Program-made: the position numbers and the translations under genes
DNA from: Bacillota bacterium
Lineage (GTDB): Bacteria > Bacillota > Clostridia > Christensenellales > CAG-138
Assembly (NCBI GenBank): GCA_023435855.1
Contig: JAEZLG010000094.1
Location: forward strand, 1-36,232
Direction: 5' to 3'
Length of the DNA: 36,232 nucleotides
Notes under the pieces: generated by a model
Database searches by the model: none
What the model was told of the DNA's origin: nothing
Seen by the model: the letters and a program-made list of their open reading frames with translations, nothing else
Part shown: positions 7,785-15,446 of the stretch, piece after piece
Numbering within the stretch: position 1 is the stretch's first letter
How the letters are laid out: each line of letters begins with the position of its first letter

Positions 7785-8583
7785 AATACTTCAGTCCTTT
7801 CGAGAAAAAAATGTAGGCTAGGCCGCATAGTGTCACGGCCACGAGTGCAGGAAGGAGGAGCAGTATTCCGCCCTCCGTTTTTTTAAGGAGTATGCAGGTT
7901 GGCAGCCAAGCCAATGCCCCTGCCGGCAGCACCGTCAAAAGCGCATAGCGCACGGCGGAGGGCAGCCCGAAAAGCGGGTAGATGGATAGCGAAAACATCG
8001 CATCAAGAACCACGGAGGAGAGCTCCTCCCCCGCCTTTGGCCTGTAAAATGCTGCGCTGCCCGCGAGGAAGGAATAGCCAAGCACCATGCTTACACCGCA
8101 TATAAGGTAAAAAATAAGTAGGAGCAGCCAGCCGAAGCTTGCGGCGATTTTAAGCCGTATGGCAGCAAAAACCACCACAGCGACGCCGCATAGGAAAGTG
8201 CTGCTGCCGGAAACCGGCAAAAACCCTTCCGTTAAAAGCTGAGCGGGAAGCGATAAAGGCTGTATCAACATATGATCCAGCTGCCCTCGGCCAACGCGGC
8301 GGGAGATGTAGCCCGCGTTGCCGCCCCCAAAGAAAAGTTGGAAAAGCCCTGATACGACGGTTGAATAACCGAGCATCAAAAGCACCTCATCGCTTGAGAA
8401 CGTACCGACGCCCGCAAAGCGTTCGGATAATAAAAACACCGAGGAAACGCTTGCGATTGCGGAAACAAGATCACTCAAAATGGCCAAAACGCAGTTTCTC
8501 GTATCGCGCAACAGCCACGCAGCATCCATACGTGCGTAAAGTTTTAAAAGCCGCAAAGCGCGGTGCAGTTTTTTAGCCGCCAT
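7735..8583 (-). CDS. ABC-2-family transporter permease
   Basis: 282 aa, about 6 hydrophobic segments. Overlaps its neighbours on both sides (operon). Confidence 0.8.
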   Translation of the reverse strand: MAAKKLHRALRLLKLYARMDAAWLLRDTRNCVLAILSDLVSAIASVSSVFLLSERFAGVGTFSSDEVLLMLGYSTVVSGLFQLFFGGGNAGYISRRVGRGQLDHMLIQPLSLPAQLLTEGFLPVSGSSTFLCGVAVVVFAAIRLKIAASFGWLLLLIFYLICGVSMVLGYSFLAGSAAFYRPKAGEELSSVVLDAMFSLSIYPLFGLPSAVRYALLTVLPAGALAWLPTCILLKKTEGGILLLLPALVAVTLCGLAYIFFSKGLKYYAKVGSSRYRSMGHRG

Positions 8584-9355
8584 GGGAAACCATCCTTTCT
8601 CGACTCTTGCGAAACACCAAAAGTGTGACAGGCCACAACAAAAGGTTCCAGAATACTTGGAGTGGAATTACATCTATTACGCCTGCAAGTCCTGTGAACA
8701 ACGAAAGCGGCGCACCCGCTTGGCTCGCAAACGGTGAAAGTGCCAGTATCTTGCCTATACCCCACGGCAAAAGCGCAAAGGGGATTACTGCACCCGATAA
8801 CAGAGCTGTAATCGCACGGCGGATTACTTCCACGAGCCATGCGGTATTTTGCATGCGAATCACAAGGCATGCAAACAAAAAGTCGATGGCAAAGCCGAGC
8901 GATACAGAAAGCGCAAGGCTTATAAAAAACCAAGGGCTTTGCGGTAAAACGTTAATATTTAGGGCGGATGAGATCAACAGCACCGGCAGCGAAAAAAGCA
9001 GAAACGGCGTGATCCAACCACCCACCGTATGCGCGGCAAGCTGTGGGAAAATACCCATCGGGCGCATGTACTGGCTTAATATACTCCCTTCGTGCATCCA
9101 CGACGAGGCAGGTGTGCGCACATCAATCAGGTCGCTGAGCGCAACACTCACGACGGTATAGCTTAAAAGCATTGGGAGTGTCATCCCCTCGGTCTTAGCG
9201 CCTTGTGAGAAGAGCGCTGTCCAAAGCGAAATGAGCGCGATTAGCCTAAGAATGCGTATTGCGTAACCGCCAATCGCCTCGCCGAGGCCGAAATAGTTTT
9301 GTTCGAGCGCGCTCATGCGCGCGGTGGCTATATAGGGTCGTAAACGGTGTACCAT
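8573..9355 (-). CDS. ABC-2-family transporter permease
   Basis: Start moved to ATG 9355 (MVHRLRPY...), which lies 7 nt after AGGAGA. The ORF-track start at 9376 lacks an SD. Multi-TM protein. Confidence 0.8.
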   Translation of the reverse strand: MVHRLRPYIATARMSALEQNYFGLGEAIGGYAIRILRLIALISLWTALFSQGAKTEGMTLPMLLSYTVVSVALSDLIDVRTPASSWMHEGSILSQYMRPMGIFPQLAAHTVGGWITPFLLFSLPVLLISSALNINVLPQSPWFFISLALSVSLGFAIDFLFACLVIRMQNTAWLVEVIRRAITALLSGAVIPFALLPWGIGKILALSPFASQAGAPLSLFTGLAGVIDVIPLQVFWNLLLWPVTLLVFRKSRERMVSHGG

Positions 9356-9376
9356 ATTGAATTCTCCTAAAAGCAT

Positions 9377-9407
9377 AAAAAAACGGAGGGCCGTTTAGGC
9401 TCTCCGG
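9377..9407 (-). terminator. Intrinsic terminator (possible attenuator) 22 nt upstream of the ABC-2 operon start codon
   Basis: Minus strand: CCGGAGAGCC-taaac-GGCCCTCCG (8 of 9 positions paired), followed by TTTTTTT (plus-strand A-run 9377-9383). Confidence 0.6.
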
Positions 9408-9440
9408 TGCAGGTAAAGGCACTTCCGTGCTTTGCAAAAA

Positions 9441-9584
9441 TTAAGCGAAAGCGCGGTTGAGAGGCTCTTTTGCGGCATTTTTGGGTAGACTTCTCCCTTG
9501 GAGTGCCAAAATGGACGAATTGCCCTTTATGTTTTCCGCATAGACCGTCATCAGACCGCCAAAGAAAAGCATGCGTGAAACCAA
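9441..9584 (-). CDS. Small ORF, 47 aa (MVSRMLFFGGLMTVYAENIKGNSSILALQGRSLPKNAAKEPLNRAFA): candidate leader peptide or small protein
   Basis: TTG start 8 nt after AAGGAGG (an in-frame ATG at 9572 is 20 nt away). Own TTGACA-17-TATTCT promoter. Followed by the terminator at 9377-9407. I recognise no homology. Confidence 0.35.
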   Translation of the reverse strand: MVSRMLFFGGLMTVYAENIKGNSSILALQGRSLPKNAAKEPLNRAFA

Positions 9585-9618
9585 ACCTCTCACCTCCTTA
9601 CATAGTATTCCGCAAAAA

Positions 9619-9647
9619 AGAATAACGGTTTTACCTGCTTTTGTCAA
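9619..9647 (-). promoter_or_regulatory. Sigma-A-type promoter driving the small ORF / ABC-2 operon
   Basis: Minus strand: TTGACA (9647-9642), 17-nt spacer, TATTCT (9624-9619). Confidence 0.55.
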
Positions 9648-9697
9648 CAAGTAATTCGTGTAAGGGTTCGGCTCCCCTCCCCTTAGGCCGCAGGCGG

Positions 9698-9727
9698 TTG
9701 ACAAGCAGGAACGCATACGATTAGAAT
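9698..9727 (+). promoter_or_regulatory. Sigma-A-type promoter placed for a leaderless transcript
   Basis: TTGACA (9698-9703), 18-nt spacer, TAGAAT (9722-9727). The ATG of the next gene begins at 9734, 7 nt after the -10, and there is no SD. Confidence 0.5.
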
Positions 9728-9733
9728 TACCGC

Positions 9734-10861
9734 ATGGGTAAGAATAAGACAACAAGACGTTTTTTCAACCGCACACTGTATGTCACAGCAGCCTCGATGG
9801 TTCTTCTGCTTTTCGTATGGCTCGCGTATTCGAGTTGTCGTGCAGCACAACCTTCGCCTGATCTCCATATAACGCCGAAGCCTTCGCTTTCCATAACGCC
9901 TCTTGCTGCGAACACCCCCTCACCCACCCTTGAGAACTCGCCGACACCTATACCCACACCCGATGGCCTTACGGCGAAGAGCGGTACATCTACCGTGGCG
10001 TGGATTTCCGATACGCAGCATTATCACGTTAAAGCACCGGAAGTGTTTCAGCAAATGACACGCTTTTTACGCGATGAACAAGCGCGTATGAATCTTACCT
10101 ACATTGTTCATACAGGCGACATAGTAGACGAACGCAGCGACGAGTCACAATGGGAAAATGCTATAGCGGCGATGGAAACACTAAAAAACATTCCCTATGG
10201 TGTGCTGGCGGGCAACCACGATGCAGGGAGAGATTCGGATTTTAGCCTATTCTCGAAATATTTCGGTGAGGATGCTATGCTAAAAAGGCCTGAAAACACA
10301 TATTACGGAGGTTCCTACAAAAACAACCGCGGTCATTATGACCTTATGGATATCGGCGAAAACCGTTTCGTATTTGCGTACATGAGCTATGCGCCTGACG
10401 AAGACGGCATACGATGGCTCAACGATGTTTTTAAAGAATACCGTGACCGTGTGGGTGTGCTTTGCTTGCATCAATATTTTAATACCGATATGAGCTACAG
10501 CTCGCCCGGTGAGACATTGTTCAAAAAAGTGGTTAAAAAGAACCCGAACGTATATCTTGTTTTATGCGGGCACCGCTATTCCGTGGGCCATAAGGCGCTC
10601 GATCTTGATGACGACAGCGACGGGAAGACGGATCGACGTGTGTATGAGCTCATGCAAAACTATCAGGCTGCGGGCCAAATAGGAGGCAGCGGCTACATGC
10701 AGTTATTGCAGTTTGACGATACAAGAAAAGAAGTGCGCGTAATCAGCTACTCACCCTATACGGATGACAGACGCTACTACGATACCCCCGGGACAGAGCT
10801 TGAAGAATTCCCGGTGGACCCGGAACAAGAGGAATATACATTTTCGTATCCGTGGAAGTAA
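9734..10861 (+). CDS. Secreted or membrane-anchored metallophosphoesterase (calcineurin-like)
   Basis: 375 aa. N-terminal basic stretch plus a hydrophobic signal/anchor, then a Pro/Ser/Thr linker. Motifs: ISDTQH, HTGDIVDE, GNHD, CLHQY, CGHRY. Confidence 0.85.
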   Translation: MGKNKTTRRFFNRTLYVTAASMVLLLFVWLAYSSCRAAQPSPDLHITPKPSLSITPLAANTPSPTLENSPTPIPTPDGLTAKSGTSTVAWISDTQHYHVKAPEVFQQMTRFLRDEQARMNLTYIVHTGDIVDERSDESQWENAIAAMETLKNIPYGVLAGNHDAGRDSDFSLFSKYFGEDAMLKRPENTYYGGSYKNNRGHYDLMDIGENRFVFAYMSYAPDEDGIRWLNDVFKEYRDRVGVLCLHQYFNTDMSYSSPGETLFKKVVKKNPNVYLVLCGHRYSVGHKALDLDDDSDGKTDRRVYELMQNYQAAGQIGGSGYMQLLQFDDTRKEVRVISYSPYTDDRRYYDTPGTELEEFPVDPEQEEYTFSYPWK

Positions 10862-10911
10862 AGGACTTCGGAAGCACTCACAACCTAGTTAAAAAACCAT
10901 GGTATTGTAAA

Positions 10912-10933
10912 GGGCGCACCTATAGGTACGCCC
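10912..10933. terminator. Hairpin between convergent genes
   Basis: GGGCGcACCTatAGGTaCGCCC, flanked by A/T-rich sequence. Confidence 0.45.
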
Positions 10934-10940
10934 TATATAG

Positions 10941-11438
10941 TTACATAGCCATTATTGTTCCGCAGGCTATTTTTTTGCCGGAATTACCCGAGGGCTGCGA
11001 GGTAAAATCGTCCACGCCCGCGTGGATAATCACCGACCTGCCTATCACTTCGCTGACTTGAAACCGGTCCGTGATGAACGTAAGGAATGCGCTGCCGCTG
11101 TTTTCAAACAAGGGCGGCATATCGCCCGCATGGTAGGGATGGGGGCATTTTTTGGGGTTGTAATGACCGCCCGCACCGGCGTACCGGTCCTGCCTGTCGC
11201 CTAAACAGCCGCCTCCCTCGTGTATATGAAACGCGAAAACGCCGTTCATGCAGGGGCCACTCAAATGCGGCAGACCGCTCACTTCAGCAGCGATTATCAC
11301 GTCGCCACGCGTTTGAAAAAAATAGACCGTGCCGCGCACGGCGGAATAAGGCGCGCTTCCGCGTATGGCTGCGTAAGCCGTCGGGCGCTCAAGAAGCACA
11401 CGCGCGACGCGCCGCGTAATATCCTGCGCCTCAAACAT
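10941..11438 (-). CDS. Cu/Zn superoxide dismutase-family protein, no signal peptide
   Basis: Start moved to ATG 11438 (MFEAQDI...), 6 nt after AAGGGGGA. Has FHIHEGGGC...GGHYNP...HAGDMP...SVIIHAGVDD, matching the SodC copper/zinc ligand regions. Confidence 0.8.
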   Translation of the reverse strand: MFEAQDITRRVARVLLERPTAYAAIRGSAPYSAVRGTVYFFQTRGDVIIAAEVSGLPHLSGPCMNGVFAFHIHEGGGCLGDRQDRYAGAGGHYNPKKCPHPYHAGDMPPLFENSGSAFLTFITDRFQVSEVIGRSVIIHAGVDDFTSQPSGNSGKKIACGTIMAM

Positions 11439-11602
11439 GGGAATATCCCCCTTTAAAGTATCCTGTGAGTCGTACATAAACTACAATAACCCCCTTTGTT
11501 CATCATATGCGAATAAGGGCATAAAAGCGCGGTGTGTTTTGAAGCTTCCCTTTATCCGTTAAGAAGGTGTATCATGTTCTGGAGTATAAGAAGGAGATAA
11601 CT

Positions 11603-12571
11603 ATGCAAGCTTATAAAATTGCCGATATGCATTGCGATACCATTGTATGCCGCGTGTCGCGAGGAAACGGAAATGTCCGTTTGCGCCAAAACGACGGGCA
11701 GCTCGATTTGCTGCGCTTAAAAAACGCAGGGGTAGTTGCACAGTGCTTTGCTTTGTTTATCCCAAGCGGCGAGGATGAAAAGGCGCTTCAAGGTCTTTCT
11801 CCCTACGGCTTTTTTGAAATGGCTTACGGATGTTATAAGGAGCAGATTGAGCAAAACGCCGACTTAGTGCGGCCGGCGTTCAACTATTTTGACGTAGAAA
11901 CAAACATGGCCGAAGGGCGGATTTCCTCCATCCTCACCATCGAAGACGGCCTGCTTCTTGAAGGCAAGATCGAGCGCGTGGACGAGTTGTATGAAAAAGG
12001 CGTAAGGCTTATCACATTAACGTCGAACACGGAAAACTCGCTCGGCTACCCCAATTATAACGACGGACCGGATACCGCTCACGGGCTTAAGGAGTTTGGG
12101 TTTTTGGCAATGGAGCGGATGAATGAACTTGGCATCATCGTGGATGTTTAGCATCTTTCGGATGCGGGTTTTTACGATGTGGCAAAGCACTGCAAAAAGC
12201 CGTTTGTCGCTTCACATTCCAACGCCCGCGCTATATGGAACGATAGAAGAAACCTCACGGACGATATGCTTAAAACGCTTGCGGAAAAAGGCGGTATGAC
12301 AGGTCTCAACTTTGCCTCGTATTTTTTAAGCGAGGATAAGGTATCCACCGCTTCGGCGCTTCTAAGACACGCAAAGCATATCGTAAATGTAGCAGGCGAA
12401 GATGCGCTCGGCTTCGGTTCCGATTTTGACGGCATCAGCTGCGAGCTCGAATTTGGCGGCTGTGAGGGGTATGGAATAATTTTGGAGCTTTTCGAAAAGC
12501 ATTTTACCCCCAGGCAGATGGAAAAGCTTACATATTTAAACTTTCTTCGCATACTGAAGGAATGCTGCTGA
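11603..12571 (+). pseudogene. Membrane dipeptidase (peptidase M19) interrupted by a single in-frame TAG at 12149-12151
   Basis: ORFs 11567-12151 and 12179-12571 are in the same frame. The translation reads ...GIIVDV*HLSDAGFYDVAKHCKKPFVASHSNARA..., so the stop replaces the Ser of the conserved DxSH(L)S motif. N-terminus has ADMHCDT. ATG 11603 follows AAGGAG. Confidence 0.8.
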
Positions 12572-12634
12572 GTTGTAAGAAATGAACCGAGGATGATATA
12601 CTAATACAAACTACAAAAGTCGGAGGTACACCGC

Positions 12635-13549
12635 ATGGCAAAGCCGGTATTGGCGATCTTGGCGGCTGGCATGGGGAGCCGCTACGGCGGTCTCAAGCAG
12701 ATTGACCCCATGGATGCGCATGGTAACATCATCATTGATTTTGATATTTACGACGCGAAAAAAGCGGGCTTTGAGGATCTCGTTTTCATTATCAAGAAGG
12801 AAATTGAGGCGGATTTTAAAAATAATATAGGCTTGCGCATGGAAAAACGCATGAACGTATCCTATGCCTATCAGGAGCTCGATAAGCTGCCTGCAGGCTT
12901 TTCCGTGCCCGAGGGCCGCGTGAAGCCTTGGGGCACTACCCATGCTGTGCTTTGCGCACGCGAAGTGATCGGCAATCGGCCCTTTGCCATCATCAACGCG
13001 GACGATTACTACGGTCCCCGCGCATTTCAAGAGCTGTACAATTTTCTTTCCCGCGGAACCGATATAAATGCGCACGCCATGGTAGGCTATAACATCGAAA
13101 ACACGCTTACGGAATATGGGTCCGTGGCACGCGGTATTTGCATGGTAAATGAAAAAGCCTATCTTACCGATATCGTTGAGCGCACCAAGGTGGTAAAAAC
13201 CGAAAATTGCGCCGCTTTCACCTTGGATGGTGAGCATTATACGGATATTCCCAAGGGAACCGTGGTTTCTATGAACTGCTGGGGTTTCATGGAGGGAATC
13301 TTTGATCGGCTGCAGGCAAACTTTAACGGCAATTTTGAAGCCGGTGTACGGTCCAATCCGCTCAAGTACGAAGATCTTTTACCCAATGCCGTGCGGTATG
13401 CCATCGGCGACGGCAAAACAAGTGTGAAGGTGCTTCCGACCCCCGATCGCTGGTTTGGCGTCACTTACAAAGAGGACAAAGAGAGCACGATTGAAGCATT
13501 GAAAGCATTAAAAGCAAAGGGATTGTACAGCGAGAAGCTTTGGGAGTAA
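12635..13549 (+). CDS. Sugar-phosphate nucleotidyltransferase-family protein
   Basis: 304 aa. N-terminal LAAGMGSRYGGLKQ (G-x-G-t-R-x-x-x-x-x-K pyrophosphorylase loop) and INADDYYG. GGAGG SD. Confidence 0.75.
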   Translation: MAKPVLAILAAGMGSRYGGLKQIDPMDAHGNIIIDFDIYDAKKAGFEDLVFIIKKEIEADFKNNIGLRMEKRMNVSYAYQELDKLPAGFSVPEGRVKPWGTTHAVLCAREVIGNRPFAIINADDYYGPRAFQELYNFLSRGTDINAHAMVGYNIENTLTEYGSVARGICMVNEKAYLTDIVERTKVVKTENCAAFTLDGEHYTDIPKGTVVSMNCWGFMEGIFDRLQANFNGNFEAGVRSNPLKYEDLLPNAVRYAIGDGKTSVKVLPTPDRWFGVTYKEDKESTIEALKALKAKGLYSEKLWE

Positions 13550-13602
13550 TTTTAAAAAGCTGCCTACTCCCTTTGTTTTAACAATCCTAGGCTTAACGAT
13601 CG

Positions 13603-13634
13603 GTTTAGTAAAGAAGTGCTGTATCCTTATGGAA
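13603..13634. terminator. Bidirectional hairpin between convergent genes
   Basis: 10-bp perfect stem GAAGTGCTGT/ACAGCACTTC with a 12-nt loop. Confidence 0.5.
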
Positions 13635-13664
13635 ACAGCACTTCATGTAATTTAACCGGTTAAA

Positions 13665-15263
13665 TTATTCAATGGGTGGGCGCTTATGAACCTGTGTGTT
13701 GGTTATATCGCCTGCTGTAAATCCCGTGCTCGCTTGCTGCTCGCGCAAAAGTCTTTCGCGCCTGCGTTTGGCGCGCGCGATGCGCTCGCGCTCTTTACGC
13801 TCCAAAACCGTTAACACGATAAGCGCGATACCCGCCACCAATGTGAGTATACCGAGAACCAATAGCGCCGTCTTAAGCGCAGTACGCACGGAGCTTCCGA
13901 CACCCAAACCCAGCGCGTCTGAGGCGGGCTCTTCAATAGGTTCCGGTGTCGCGGCAGTCGCCAGGAAGCCGTCGCCCAGATAAGATGCTTTTATATTGGC
14001 GGTATAGGAGTAAGGTGTTCCGGCGGGGTCAGCTAGGTTCAATGTGAAAACGAGGTCGCGCGGTTCGCCAACGTAAATGGTTTGCTCGGTGGACTGCTCG
14101 CCTGCGGGCAGCTCCGACAGCCTATATAGCTCCTGCGCGGTCTGCTCGCTTAAAACAAGATCCTTCATCACGAGCGAACCCGTGTTGACAAACGTGAATT
14201 TTACCTTGATACTGCCTGCTGAATTTAGGGTCTCCAGCACTTCGGCCTTAAAATCGACGCCCAAAAGAGACGGGTCGATGAACTTACGTACAACATAGCT
14301 CTTGGTGGTGTTTTCATAGACTTGGCCGGAATCGGTCGCTGCGCTCACGCTGAAGGCAACGTAGCGTTCCTCCTCGGTCTGCACTTTATAGGTAAGCCTT
14401 GTTCCCTCGCCTACAGCCAAGGAAATGTTTTCCTCCGTTACGGAGTTGCCGAGCTCGTCCTTAACGGTGATGCGGCGAAGCTTCTGGTTTCCGGTGTTGG
14501 TTAGAAGAATCGAGAACGTAACGCCTTCGGCGGTGCTTTTGCCTTGCTCCACCTCGATGGAAAGCTTGGTGTTGACCATGCCGATTCGGACTTCGGTAAT
14601 CGGAGCGGAGGTTTGCGGTTTGCTCTCCCCTTCCGGTGTATAAGTCACGACAGGCGCGCTGCTTACAGTTTCATAGCCCATTTCGAACTCGTAAGGGAAC
14701 TCGTAGGTTTCGCCTGCCGCAATGATAACATCTTTAAAAATAGGGGTCTTCCCCGCGATACCGCTGTCGGTAAGAGATACCTTTTTTAGAGCCACAATAC
14801 CCGTGTTTGTCACTTTATACGTCAAAGTTACCTTCTCGCCCGGAGAGGCGTTGGTGCTTGACGCGGAACGGGTCACTGTAACGCCGCTTTTGCTGCCGCG
14901 GGCAATGACGACGGATGTGGAGCCGCTTTTCTGCTCGCCGTTTTCCGTCCAGGAAAGGTCAAAAGTAAGCGAAACGCCTAAAAATTGGTCGGGAATAGTT
15001 GCTGTCACGGAAAAGGTTTTGCTTTCGCCCGGGTTTATAATGACTCCTGAGGTGTCAAACAAAAGCTGATAGGGATTGGAGATGGCGATGTTCTCAATTG
15101 CCGCTTCGCCGTCATTGGTTACGGTAACGGAAATGCGCGACTCTCCTTGCACTGCGAGCATGGCGGGATCGGCGCTTGCCGTTATGGTCGCCGCGAGCGC
15201 AAACTGCGGCAAAGCGGCAATAAATAGCATAACCGTCACAAACGCATACAATCTTTTTTTCAT
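13665..15263 (-). CDS. Membrane-anchored surface protein with four CARDB/DUF11-like beta-sandwich repeats
   Basis: Start moved to ATG 15263 (MKKRLYAFVTVMLFIAALPQFALA signal peptide). Four ~100-aa repeats each carry a x-(T/V)-N-(T/D)-G motif (VTVTNDG, YKVTNTG, ILLTNTG, FTFVNTG). C-terminal TM segment (LLVLGILTLVAGIALIVLTVL) is followed by a highly basic tail, ERKERERIARAKRRRERLLREQQ. Confidence 0.8.
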   Translation of the reverse strand: MKKRLYAFVTVMLFIAALPQFALAATITASADPAMLAVQGESRISVTVTNDGEAAIENIAISNPYQLLFDTSGVIINPGESKTFSVTATIPDQFLGVSLTFDLSWTENGEQKSGSTSVVIARGSKSGVTVTRSASSTNASPGEKVTLTYKVTNTGIVALKKVSLTDSGIAGKTPIFKDVIIAAGETYEFPYEFEMGYETVSSAPVVTYTPEGESKPQTSAPITEVRIGMVNTKLSIEVEQGKSTAEGVTFSILLTNTGNQKLRRITVKDELGNSVTEENISLAVGEGTRLTYKVQTEEERYVAFSVSAATDSGQVYENTTKSYVVRKFIDPSLLGVDFKAEVLETLNSAGSIKVKFTFVNTGSLVMKDLVLSEQTAQELYRLSELPAGEQSTEQTIYVGEPRDLVFTLNLADPAGTPYSYTANIKASYLGDGFLATAATPEPIEEPASDALGLGVGSSVRTALKTALLVLGILTLVAGIALIVLTVLERKERERIARAKRRRERLLREQQASTGFTAGDITNTQVHKRPPIE

Positions 15264-15316
15264 TTGCAGTTCACTCCCCAATACAGCACAAAAGCATCGC
15301 TTTTATATTTAATCAC

Positions 15317-15389
15317 TATGATGGTACATTCGCCAATCCTTGCGTAAAGGTTTTCGCCTATGATTGGTACATTCGTACCAATCATTATA
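15317..15389 (-). promoter_or_regulatory. Promoter -10 element plus two related operator-like sites upstream of the surface-protein gene
   Basis: Perfect 11-bp inverted repeat ATGATTGGTAC-attc-GTACCAATCAT (15360-15385) abuts the minus-strand TATAAT (15389-15384). A degenerate copy, TATGATGGTACATTCGCCAATC (15317-15338), lies about 40 bp downstream in the 5' UTR. Confidence 0.55.
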
Positions 15390-15446
15390 ATCGAAAAGCC
15401 GGCTAAGTGCCACCTTTGCGTGTAAAATACGAAATTTGTTCAAAAA

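Noticed and set aside
9441-9755. 104-aa minus-strand ORF from the track spanning the divergent promoter region.
   Set aside because: Its 5' two-thirds run through both promoters with no SD. Only the last 47 codons (from the TTG at 9584 after AAGGAGG) are plausible, and they are reported separately.
12149-12151. TAG in the dipeptidase as programmed recoding (for example pyrrolysine) or reassigned genetic code.
   Set aside because: TAG terminates other genes in the window at sensible positions (24754-24756 and 33517-33519). The interrupted position is normally Ser. No pyl genes or PYLIS-like context are visible here.
15317-15385. The repeat pair upstream of the surface-protein gene as an invertible promoter (phase-variation inverton).
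   Set aside because: The repeats are only ~40 bp apart, which is far too short for a recombinase-flipped promoter segment. No recombinase gene is nearby. An operator interpretation fits better.
15395-15412. TGGCAC on the minus strand upstream of the surface-protein gene, as a sigma-54 -24 element.
   Set aside because: The -12 element (TTGC) is not present 5 nt downstream; CGGC is found instead.
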